Positions 23,666 to 35,138 of a stretch of DNA of 64,000 bases are shown here, in pieces (positions within the stretch are counted from its first letter, which is position 1; every line of letters starts with the position of its first letter). This DNA comes from Tricharina praecox (Eukaryota): positions 682,001 through 746,000 of the forward strand of contig NW_026250416.1 in assembly GCF_024521635.1 (NCBI RefSeq). The letters are read 5' to 3'. A program made the translations under genes and the position numbers. The notes below the pieces were generated by a model, which did not search any database, was not told the origin of the DNA, and saw only the letters and a program-made list of their open reading frames with translations.

Positions 23666-24155
23666 CTAGTTGCAAGCAGGCAGGTTATCTGTCCATCCAT
23701 CCATCGTTAGCACCGTAGGGCGAGCAGCAATGGGAACGGATGGGATATGATGTACTCACAGGCACAAGTAGTCGAGAAGTGTTTCTCGGGAATAAAGTGA
23801 CCATCGGAAGTCTGATCCCAGTAGCTATACACACCATCACCACCTCAGTCCCGCCTTTCAATATCCGCCACATCCGCATATCTCACGTGGGTAATACGTA
23901 CAAATTCCCACCATAAGCCGCTCCCGTAGTAAAGCACAGCAACTGTACGACCACACCCTGTCCATACATGCCGAGGAACGTGTCGTTGGTATTCGTCTGG
24001 CCGTAGAAGCCCGCGTTCGACACGGTCACGCACTTTTGCGGCCCCGTGGCGGCGCCGGAAGGCTTGCCATTCACGCGGACGGGCCCGTGGTTTGGCGCGG
24101 CGGAGATTAGTGGGAGCACGGGGAGGATGGCGATCAGGAGCGTCAAAGGCGTCAT
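23666..24155 (-). CDS. Small secreted protein with a single SH3b-like domain, ~113 aa, 3 exons (24155-23902, 23824-23760, 23688-23666)
   Basis: Signal MTPLTLLIAILPVLPLISA. Introns GTACGT...TAG and GTGAGT...GCTAAC...CAG give ...MYGQGVVVQLLCFTTGAAYGGNFYWDQTSDGHFIPEKHFSTTCAYNLPACN*. Confidence 0.8.
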
Positions 24156-27100
24156 GGCGGTGGTGTAAGGGGAGGTTCTTGGGATTCCTTGGGGTGAGCT
24201 GTGAGGATGCGCGGAGGGGGGTGTGTGGATCGTGAGAGAGGGGAGGGATGGGCTGGTGAGAAGCAGGATCTTGAGTTGCGATGGTGGTTATATACTGTTT
24301 CGACAGACCCCCCCGGACTCCGGAGCATGGGGATAGGGTTCTCGTCCCTCCCTGCCTGCTGTGTCCACGACCCTGCCTGCCTGCCTCGGTGCCCATGTTT
24401 GACTTCCCGTCGAGGCGAGGGGAACAGACGGGGGAGCATTTCTGCATGTATGGTACGCCGCGTGTTAACGTTGTGCAGACAGAACACGACCATCCTCGCC
24501 GGGGATCGCGAGCCCGAACCTAGACCTGGATCTCCAGAGTCCACGGTACTCCCACGCACAGGTGACAAGCCAATTCTCTCTCATACAGCAGCAGCAGTAA
24601 CAGGTGCTTCAGAATCCAGACGATGGATGGATGGGATGGCCCCCTACGTTGCGTTCCAAATTGTCGCAGCCGCACACAGAATCACTCGCCGTCGTCCGCC
24701 GTCGTCCTGTAAGGGACGGCTGCTGTGCTGTGCTGGTACGCACAACTGACGGAGGCAGCTTCAACTGTAGCCGTTTCTGGAGATTGGATCCCTTTGGCTT
24801 GGGGATGAGGGTCGTTGCTGGTCGGCACAAGTGGAATCGCGCGTGCGTGCTCCTGCCTCTACCCAAACCTGCTGGGAGTGGGTGCTACTCGTGGACACTG
24901 CGCTCATAATTAGCTGTAGCTGTATAAGCCGTTTGTCGTACAGGCCACCGGTCGCCGGTCGGAAATGCCGGCTGCAGGCTGCAGACTAGGCTACGACACG
25001 TAGCGGTTCAGGTCGTGGTGGTACACCTTTCATCAATCCTACGCAGGCCGTGGTCCGTGGGCTGTGGGCTGTGGAAGACTATGAGCATCAACGGCTGCCA
25101 GTGCCACTAGCAGAGCACATACGCACATATGGCCGAAAGAGGCTCCCGTTCCAATACGCGGGGGGTGTATGCCCATCGCCGCTGCGGGCCTGCGGACCTG
25201 CGGTCGTCCAGGCAGAACATACGAGACTTGTCACTTCAGCTCAAAGGGTTTCAGCTGGCTGCCAGCTTCACGCTGCGCAATGGGTAGGCGTCCGTAGGTA
25301 CACCGTACTCACGTTCGTATAGCATACGCTACTATAGGGCGCGCACGAAAATGTCCGGCAGCGTACGTCCCCGCGCCCACTGCCGGCCGGTGAATGGTGT
25401 GCTGCGTGCCGGCTTAAGGGGTACCTAGTCGACGGGTGCCCACAGGGCTGCAGGGCCACAGATGGATCATGGAGGACGGCTATAGTAGCTGAGATCTTGT
25501 CGTTGCAGTTGCGATTCAGACGGTTGAATAGATCTAGAGTCCAGACCGGGGCGCAAGACGGGCGTTGTGGCGAGATGCCGGGAGTCGAAGGCGGGAATGT
25601 ATAATAACGTTTCTGGGTGCGAGCCTGCGAGGGACAGCCGTAGCCTGTATCCTGTATCCTGTAGCCTATAGGACATGCGTTGCGGGACGCGGGAGTGGCG
25701 GACGCGGGGGTGCCGAAGGCAGGGAATGGTTGTGCGTTGAGTGGAGACACGAGGATGGCGAGTACATACCGGATGGCCCAGTATCTCACGGGGAGCTCGT
25801 GAGTCATGGACGCCGCCGGCCACGCCGCCTACGTCGTGCTTCGTCAAGCTGCCGTTGTCGTCCTCGAGACTGGCGCAGGCGATAATGGATGGCCGCTGGA
25901 CACAAGGAAATACTCCGTGATGCCGGTTGGTGTGATATTAGGAATCCTATGTATCCTATGTATCCCGCGACTGCAGCCGAAGTTCCACCACGTACTGGTA
26001 ACCAGGCGGTTTGTCCGTGGATAGGTCGTGGTTGTGTACTGCGACAGTAGAGAGTTAGTTGGGTGCTTTGCGGGATAGAGCTTTTCGCGGATTGACCTAC
26101 CTACTCGCCGCTGCCAACTTCCCGACTATGCATCGTGAACTATCACTCTCTCTAGTATTTCTATCGGAGTCGTAACTCGGCGAAGAGTTTGAAGAGAGCA
26201 AGCGGGTGGTTACAACGAGCTATTCGTCTCCGGTAGTCCGGGGGGACAGACAAGACAATTGGACCCGCGTATATGTGTGTACATTGCTGTGGCTAGAAAT
26301 GTCGCACGCAATCCATTACCGGTATCCGAGATGGAACAAAACAAGGAGCGCAAGAGTCCAGAGTCCAGAGTCTAGAGTCAACGTCGGCGCACATGTACCT
26401 CCAAGATTCCAGAAAGCGCGGGTACCTACGCACGCCCAACCTAGGTATCGCCGTCTTCGCTTCTTGTACCGGAGAACACGGTAAACCTTCCCCCAGCGCG
26501 CAACACTGGGGAGAAAAAACTCCACGATCTCGAGAGACAGGCTTTGCGAAGACTTTTCTGCTTCGCCCTATGTGAGAAAAAACATCACCTAGAGGCTTGA
26601 GGCCCCATCTTCCCCACTCGCTATCACGTTCCATTCCCTCCGTGAACACGACTACTCCCGCCCCACAACACCACACCATCTTCCTACCACCACCACTGAC
26701 GAGAGAGAATAATATGTCTCCGCCCACGGCTGCCTTCAAGTCTCGACACCCGCACCCTCCACCCCCCTCCCCTCCCGAACGATTCTCCACGCGTCTCGAC
26801 AGCTGAACCACCACCTTAGAGACAGCGAGTGATCTGAGCGTCCATGTTGCGTCTTGACAAGCAAGACACTCGTGCGATTGTTCTGAGCCTCTGAACTGAG
26901 ACTGTCCGGGGGCTCTAGACGGCGATTTTCCAACGTGGACTGGGCCTGGGCGCGGGGACGGATAGGGGCACGTGCTGATCAGAAGGGGCAGGGTGGGGTG
27001 GGGCGGGCTTGCAGAGAATGAGAGAAGCGAGAGTGGATTTGGTTTGGACTTGAACATGCGGATGGATTGGCTGCTACCGTAATTGAATCAGAGGAGCTGT

Positions 27101-28833
27101 AGGATAGAGATGGCTGGTGAGACTAGATCGGTACGATAAGATGCGATGCGATTAGATAGAGTAAGACGCCAACAGGATCGAGTGATCCCGAATGGCGAAG
27201 GAACGACGCTACGCGCCATCGGGCTAGGCAGTCTGTAGCAGCCGAACAGCCAGAGTGACATAATCACCGCGCTTAGAGTCAATTGGCTTGGTGTGTCACT
27301 CGCGCTACTTTATCATTCTGGCAGCTTTGTCATTCAAGCTGCATCATCACTTCAACCGCTTTGTCACGTGGACTCCAGGCGGAAGTTTGTGGCATTGTCT
27401 ACACGACTCATGCCAAATCTTTACACTTCTACGATACTCCACAATCACTACATCGTTCGCCACCGTATTCATCTTCATCACCAATCCCAATAGTGGTATC
27501 AAAGTGTCTATCGTCCCCTTTAGATCCGTAGGGAGACGCGGCTGTAGCAAGTTCATGCTCTCTCTAATATTCTGCCATCACCTCTACTATCGATGCAAGC
27601 TCCAATGTTTGTTCTTTGTGTATGTACTCATGGAAACAGAGCAGCATCTGTGCAGGGACAATCCCTTCAAGCTCCGCCGAAACGCACAAAGGACATGTCA
27701 ACCGCATCGCGACCTTGTTCTCAGACCTTATTTATCCACCAAACAATCTGCAAGGTCCCCCCTGCCTGATTCTAACCTACTAAAAAGAAGTATTGCAGCC
27801 TGAAAGATGTTTCTCCCGTTTCAAAATCCTAGTAACCCCCACGCGCCTCACGGAAATAGGCTCTTCATGAACTCTCATCCGCCGAATGATACCTGGTGAT
27901 GTTCTCCGATATTTCGTGATATTTTCAAAAAGGTTTGTACATCTTGTATTTGTCCGTGTCTGTGTAGATAGAGAGTTTTAGTCACGATTCAGGTGGCTAA
28001 TCTGAAACTGACCAGGCCCAAATGTGGTGTGGCCATACACAAGCGGTGACGACTGCTCGATCGCACACCTGCAACACAGGCCTCACTTCATCGGATAAGT
28101 ACACGCAGGCGTTGGATCTGCAGTGTGTTATCGCCCCGATGTGATGCAGGTAAGCTTGAATGTGAACGGTGTCATCATAATCAAAGACCAGGTGGAGTTG
28201 GACAATCAAACCTCACCTACAGCATCCGACCCGGACCATCTTGTGAACATCCTCCCTCTCTCTCTCATATAGCCACCACTTCCGCAGACTCTCGCAGAGC
28301 CAGCTTCGACAGTCAGTCATGTCATTCCTTTACGTACTCCCCCCGTTTAGCTGAGACCTTATCATTTACTCAAGCCTTGCCACACCACACCACGCACCAC
28401 CCTACACGCGGAGGGGAGGTTTATTATCCCTTATTTGAACAGCAAGACTGGATACAGTGACCAGTGGCCTCGGTGCGCGGAAACGGTTCGAATCCTCCCT
28501 CCCATTCATTCACGCACTCACCTATTCACTCACCCACGGGACACCAACATGAATACTGCACAAGCATCTTCTAGATGGACGTCGACATCACATCGATACG
28601 ATCACCTCTTCCTACATCTCATACAATCTCATACAAGAGCTGAGGAACTCCGCCTCTTCCACCTCTTCCGCCTCTTCCGCCTCTTCCACACACACGGCCA
28701 CTGTCGACTGTCCACTATTCACCTCGTCAAGCTCATCCACCTCCAATCCACACCGCCACCGCCACCAACCTGTCGACCTCACATCACCTCCGGCATCATC
28801 GCACCACCACCACCACCTTCACCCACCACAATC

Positions 28834-29910
28834 ATGCCCCGCAAGCCATCCCCTCCTCCCACCCTCTCACCACCGCTCTCTTCCCGCCGCCGAATCCTCC
28901 ACTCCCCCTCAAGCTCCACCCCATCGGCACCAAAACCCACCAAACGCAAACCCCGCGGCCTCCACACACGCCTCCCATCCGGCGCTAACGCCAGCAAGTG
29001 GTGTGAGCTCGCTGATATCCTGGATGGGATGGTGGATATTTGTTCCGACTCTTCCGACTCTTCGTCCTCTTCATCGGTGAATGGGGATGGTGATGGTGCA
29101 TGGGAGGAGGAGGGGGATGGGGATGGGTTACAAGCTTGGAGCGGTGGTGGGAAGGATGATGATATAGACGTATGGCACCCCCCTCCGCCGCCGCAGCGGC
29201 CGTCGGGGATAAAGATTATGAGGGCTGAGCGGGTGCCAGAGCCGGAGCCGGAGCCGGAGCCAGAGCTAGCGGCTGCGGTCAGCCCCATCGGACATGAAGT
29301 CTTCCTCACCACTGCACGGTATCAGCAGGAGGTATTCCACCGGACCGAGGTGACCGAGGTGGAGCTGGTCCGCGAGGTCGTGGTGGAGGAGTGCGGGTAC
29401 TACCGCCACCAGTACCGACAGCATATGGAAGCAGTGGAGTTCCAGCGGACACGAACTACCGCGGCTACAGAGACCACACATTTGGCGTGGAATTATGTGC
29501 GCACGCGGGTTCGGGAAAAGATGTCGGAGACGGTACGAGGCGAGATGGATACTCGGTGCACTGCTCAGTGGTCAGCATGGAGTAGAAGCTCAGCAACAAA
29601 CACTGTTCCACCACCAGGTCCGAGTCCCTCCGACACCTCTAACCGCCGCCGCGGCGCTCGCCGTGGAGACCGCAGCCCCGTCTGCTCCGACCACTCCGAC
29701 GACGGCACCGAAAGCCCTACCACCAGTGGTTGGGAGCGAGCATGTTCCCACGCGCCACACTCCCACGCGCCACACTCCCACCACTCCCACCATCCGTCAG
29801 TGGAACGGATAGTTCCCATGGACCCCCCCGCACCACCACCTACCGAAAAAGGCGTCAGAAATACGCTGGGAACTATAGCCGAGTGGATCATGGGGAGAAG
29901 TAAAGGTTGA
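28834..29910 (+). CDS. Hypothetical low-complexity protein (probable start MPRKPSPPP at 28834)
   Basis: Part of a 491-codon ORF; Pro/Ser/Asp/Glu-rich with EP repeats and a helical-looking middle; no recognised domain; start and introns uncertain. Confidence 0.5.
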   Translation: MPRKPSPPPTLSPPLSSRRRILHSPSSSTPSAPKPTKRKPRGLHTRLPSGANASKWCELADILDGMVDICSDSSDSSSSSSVNGDGDGAWEEEGDGDGLQAWSGGGKDDDIDVWHPPPPPQRPSGIKIMRAERVPEPEPEPEPELAAAVSPIGHEVFLTTARYQQEVFHRTEVTEVELVREVVVEECGYYRHQYRQHMEAVEFQRTRTTAATETTHLAWNYVRTRVREKMSETVRGEMDTRCTAQWSAWSRSSATNTVPPPGPSPSDTSNRRRGARRGDRSPVCSDHSDDGTESPTTSGWERACSHAPHSHAPHSHHSHHPSVERIVPMDPPAPPPTEKGVRNTLGTIAEWIMGRSKG

Positions 29911-30911
29911 ATCTAAGCGGAGTAGGTATGAGATAGGATAGGTAGGTGGGAGGTGGGGAGGTGTGTCGAGAATCCAAGTGGAGGTGGAAGAATCGGGTGA
30001 TACTTTGTGAATCGTGAGTACCTATCCTATCAGTATGTCCACTGTGCCTCTTCATCTATCATTTTCGGTTGTGGTCTCTCGTGGCCAGTACCCCCTCATC
30101 ATCATCACGAACTCAAAAGAAGTTCTCGTCAATACTGTTCCAAGTAGGTGGGTAGTGCGTTTCATTATAGCCTCGCCGAAGATTCATCTACAGGGAACCC
30201 CCGCCAGGAACTATTCAACAGCACGATCTCCACCCCGGCATACAAACAGACCGTCCCCGCCATACAACCCGTCCGTCCCCGCTCTAAAAATACAATGTAC
30301 CGCTCAAATATATAACAGGTAAAGTAAAGCTCCCCTCCGTCCCTCCCTTTCCACAGTCCCAAGTATCAAGTATCAACAGAAGAATAGAAGAACTAAAACA
30401 AATAAGTAAGTAGGTGATAGTAAGCATGACAACTTCTCCGCAGGAAGTGTCAAGACAATGGAATCCTCCCGTCCAACAAGCAACAAGCAACAAGCAAAGC
30501 AACCTCCCCCTGCCGAGTCCCAGATCATAATAGCTGATAGAAGACAAAAGACAAAAGACAAAAGACAAGCCGCCGCCGGGACCTAAAAAAAAGCCAATAA
30601 AAAAGCAGAAGCAAACACAGCAGACATCCCACAGATAAAGCAGATAATGGTCAATTTAAAGACCCGGTAAAAGACAGACACGCAACCACCCCCCCAGCTA
30701 AAGCAGATAAGCAAATAAAGCAGATAATGGCGAAATAAAGAGCCAACTAAGACAGGCACGCCACACGCAACCACCCACCCAGATAAAAGATAAAAGCAAC
30801 CGCAACCCGAACTCCCCAGGAAAAAATAAAACAAAAATACCAAACGCCCCCATCCCACGAGCCCGCGCAAATAATGCATGCAAAACCACCATCTCATCAG
30901 ATCTCACCAGA

Positions 30912-32087
30912 TCAGACCTCGTCTCGCTCCTCATCACCAGCCAATCTCTCAACGGCATAATTGAAGAGGGCCTCGGTGCTATCAAATTTGATAACCATTC
31001 GGGCCTCCTGCTGGGGCTCGACTTCAACGACGTCGGCCATCTCCTCGTCGAGGGACCCGGGCATCCGCGGCTCCCCGCTGCTCCAGAACGTCATGCTAGG
31101 CGTCCAGCTTGTGGTGCAGCGGCGGGTGCATACAACAAGCAGTGGCCAGAGGGCGGGCGCCGACGCGGCAATGATCCCCATAGAGAGCTCGACACTGGTT
31201 CACACTTCAGTCAGCACAACGTGCGTTAAGGGAGGGAGGGGGGTAAGGGAAGGAATGAATTAACGAACCTCGTCCACATCGACAGTGTGATGATGTACCG
31301 GCTGGGGTCTTTCCTGGCGCCTAGGCGGCCGCCCGCCGGAAGCCGCATGAGGCTCGCTCCGCACGCGAGCACGCCCATTCCCAGCAGAACCATGGCGAGC
31401 AACTTCTTTCTCCAGCACAAGCTGCGGACGCGGACGACGAGGATCACGGGCACGAGCCACACGACGATGTCCAGCAGCAAGCTCACGAGGGGGATTGCAA
31501 GGCCCAGCGTCCGCGGGTCGATACAGGTGGCGGACCGCCGCAACATCGACGCCTGAAACGAGGCTGAAATTGGCCAGCACTGGAAGGTCAGGACGAATAC
31601 TGGGATGATCGCGTACATGACGTTGGCGGTTATCAGGCCCATCGTCGTGTAGTGGATCCAGCTGTGCACAGAGAGCTTACGCACGAACAGAAGCACGCTG
31701 ATTCGGATGAGGGACGAGGCGGGTGTGTACACCAGCCGGGCTATGCTGCCGAGGAACGCCTGGATCTGGAGAGTGGCGAGAGGGAGTGATGCCGTGGGGT
31801 ATCCGAAGCCGTACGACGTCATGGCGGTCTGGAGAATGATCAAGAAGACCAGGAGAAGCTGGAACTGTCAGTCATGCCTCGCTCGCGGCTCTACCGGGGG
31901 ATAAAGGACGAACCGTGGCAGCGATAATGCAGTAGTCGTCCGAACACACCCTCCCGAGCCTCTGCAGTTTGGAGAACCAGCGACATATCACAACGACAAT
32001 CGTCATTACTAATAGCATGTAGTCGGTTACCAGCAAGCGGGTGACTCGATCGTGTCCGTCATCGGCAGCAGACATCTTGTTTTGCAT
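30912..32087 (-). CDS. PTH11-like (fungal rhodopsin-domain) integral membrane protein, ~348 aa, 3 exons (32087-31914, 31858-31269, 31194-30912)
   Basis: Motifs R...DDY.II, YGFG, LIRISVLLF, FQCWPI, LLDIVVWLVP, WTSVELSMGIIAASAPALWPL; two GTTCGT...CTGAC...CAG introns in frame; no CFEM domain. Confidence 0.85.
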
Positions 32088-33400
32088 TCACTTCGTCACG
32101 GGAAAAATGGGAAACGGAAAGAAAAGCAAATACTTTGAAAAGAGCGTGAAGACAGATGTATAGAGAAAGGACGGTAGAGAAGGAAGACTATCCGTGGGAG
32201 CGATCAAGCGATAACCCGGAGAGCTGGACACGAACGCCACGGGAGGACCGCCTGGGAGAAGGCCAGTGCGGGATGGAGTTGGATGTGAATGAAAGAACGA
32301 AAGCGAGTGTGAGTGTGAGTATGATGAGTATGAGTGTGAGTGGAGTGGGAGAGGGAGAGGGAAGAACGGGTGGGACGATGCGGGCGGGCCACTTCAGGCA
32401 AGCAAGATGTCAACCCCTGCGGCGTGTGGTCTCTGACCGACCTGGTTGTGGGGACGTTGCTGATCAGGGCCCCCAGCCAGCCGACCGGACGAGCGAGCGA
32501 GCGAGTGGTCTGTGTTTTATTGAAATCTGACAGGATCGAAGTTCCGGTTGAGTGCAGTGATATGCGGGTGTGCAGAGGTATGTGAGATGGGGGAGATGGC
32601 GGAAATGTGGAGCTGAAGGATTCATGATTTGCGTGCGCTACGCTTCATGAAGATCACCCACGGTCCATGGCAGCTCGCTATTCCCAGTTCCTCTAGTTGG
32701 CACTTGGGGGTTCTGGACGATGGGAACCGAATAGGAGAAAATCCCACGCACTCGGCTGGGCCGCTGGGAGACATCCAGTCCAGCCTAACCGGTTGCTTGT
32801 GACATGCACTTTGCTTTGTTGCGCTTGCGATTTTGATCTCGACCTGCACTTGCACATAACACATTGGACGTGCCGAATTGATGTCTTACAACCGTGTTGT
32901 GTTTTTTGTTTTTTGTTTTTTCTTTTCTTTTCTTTCTTTTCTTTCTTTTGCTTTTTGTGGGGTGATAGCGAGTGGTGAATGGTGGTGAGTGGTGGTGGTC
33001 TGTGCGGGAGTGTGGGGTGGTCTCGATAGCAACAGCGGCCTACATAAGGCGGCAGCGCAGGGAGAAGAAGCCAGGCAGAAATTCACGATGGAGGTGGGGG
33101 GCGGGAGACGGGAGGCCCAACGTGTGTGTGTGTGTGTGAACGGGCGCAAGTGGAGTTCTAGTAGTTATCATGAATCATGCCATCTGACAGCCGGCGACGG
33201 CGGCGGGCGACGGACGGGCCGGACCGCAACGACGGTGGCACGGTCCACGGTCCTGAAGGGATGGTTCGTGGGGTGAATCGGTCATCCAATCCCTCGGAGA
33301 TGACTCTCCATGCATCCATCCCCCACCAGCGGTGACCACCAGTGACCCCATCCCCTATGCCGATCACCACTTTTCTCCCACCGCCCCCATCGCACCCACT

Positions 33401-34286
33401 CTACCCCCGCTCCCGCTCCAACGTGCGCACCCTAGTCCCCAACGCCTCCGTCGCGCCCTCCGGCACCTGCATTTTACTCGGCGAGCCTCTCCAGTCGACA
33501 TACCACTTCCCGGGGCCCTTCTTCTGAACGGTGTTGACGCAGCCCCATCGCTGCCTATCGAAGCGCAGCTCTCCCAGCGTGACGCGTGCCACCTTTGGCC
33601 GCCCGAACCATCGGATCGTCCCCAGCTCTACCGAAGCCCCCGACCCCATCGTCTCGATGTACCGCAGCAGCCGGACTGGCGAGTTGCGTGCCCACGGCGG
33701 CGGGAGCACGTACATGTGCGTTACGTACGGCGGACTGTTGCGCCCGTTCGCATTAGCGCCCTGAATGGTTACTCGTACCCCTCCTCCTCCTCCCCCTCCC
33801 CCCCCCATAACTCTTCTACACTGCACTACAACTACACAACGCAACATACCTAAGCCAGGACACAAAGACCAGCGGCACCGCGGCGCCGAGGACAAACACC
33901 GTCGGGAGCACCCAACGGGGCAGATCAGTGGGCAGCCGCAACTTCTTCAGCAGGTCTGCGTGATCTGTTTGGATGAGCTGCGGCGCGACCAGCAGCGACG
34001 TGTAGCTGAACAGCAGCACGGTGTACAGCTTCAGCGTGCCCAGGTAGATCGTGCGTTTGCCCGCATAGTAAATTAGCGTGCGTGGGTTGGGATGGGCGGT
34101 GGTGGCGGTGCTGGCGGGGGTGGGCGTGGGGGCGGCGGCGCGCGCGCCGCGCAGGTGCGGGGTGCGAGAGAAGGCGCGCGTGAGGACATTCCGCGCGGCG
34201 AGGATGCTGTGCGCGGGGAAGCGTGGTGGTCGTGGTTGGGCACTCAGGCGGGCAACCCGTGGGAGGAGTGCGCGCAGGCGGAACAT
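33401..34286 (-). CDS. Probable mitochondrial membrane protein ~256 aa (TMEM70/186/223-like architecture), 2 exons (34286-33850, 33734-33401)
   Basis: Arg-rich acid-free presequence MFRLRALLPRVARLS; LIYYAG followed by two hydrophobic segments and PYVTHM; intron GTATGT...GCTAAT...CAG in frame. Confidence 0.75.
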
Positions 34287-34592
34287 CGCATCGATCGAAG
34301 TGGGTGTGCGGAATTTTGAGGTTGCGGCTCTGTGGGTGGTGTAATTGGAACTGTGGTGGGGAATTTGGGATGGATGGGATGTCTTGGGCTGCTGCACACG
34401 AAAAACACACCAAAGCTAAAACACGCTGCTCACACCTCACACCTCACACCTCACGAATCACGAATCACAACGCGTCCACGATCACGATCACTTTGTAACG
34501 TTCAATCATTAACCGACCATTCCTCAGTCCGGTCGTTAAGTAGAGTACATCAACCCCTCGATCCCCCAATCCCTCAATCCCGCAGCCCGTAT

Positions 34593-35138
34593 TTACAACT
34601 CATCCTTCTTCGGCGGCGTGTACCCCTTGATCCCCAACAGCTCGGTCTCAAAGATGAGCGTCGCTTTCCCGGGGATCGGGCCCATGCCGTTCTCGCCGTA
34701 CGCGAGGTTGTAGGGAATAATCAGCTTGCGCTTCTCGCCGATGCACATGTCCAGCAGACCTTCACACCACCGGTGTCAGCATTCCATTCCATCATCATGA
34801 GAGAGGAGGTGGAGGAGGGGAAGGAGGAGGAGGAAATACCCTGATCCCAGCCCTTGATGACATTGCCCGCGCCCACGACGAAGTTGAAGGGGCCGCGCCC
34901 GTAGGACTTGTCGAACTCGGTGCCGTCCTCGAGGGTGCCGCGGTAGTGCATCGACAGCGAGTCACCACTCTACAGATGTTCGTAAGTACATAACTTGTAC
35001 GAACGGGGGGAAAGAGGTGAATACCTTCGACTTCCTCCCGCAGTCCTCCTCGGCGATTTCGTGCGTCTTGATGATCTGCAGGTCCTTTGCAGCAACGACG
35101 GTGGCCAGGAGGGCGGCGAGGACAGTGGTGAGCTTCAT
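34593..35138 (-). CDS. FPR2: ER-lumenal FKBP-type peptidyl-prolyl isomerase (FKBP13), 136 aa, 3 exons (35138-35025, 34969-34840, 34759-34593)
   Basis: Signal peptide; [22 protein letters not shown]...[29 protein letters not shown]...[11 protein letters not shown]-terminal KDEL. Confidence 0.95.
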
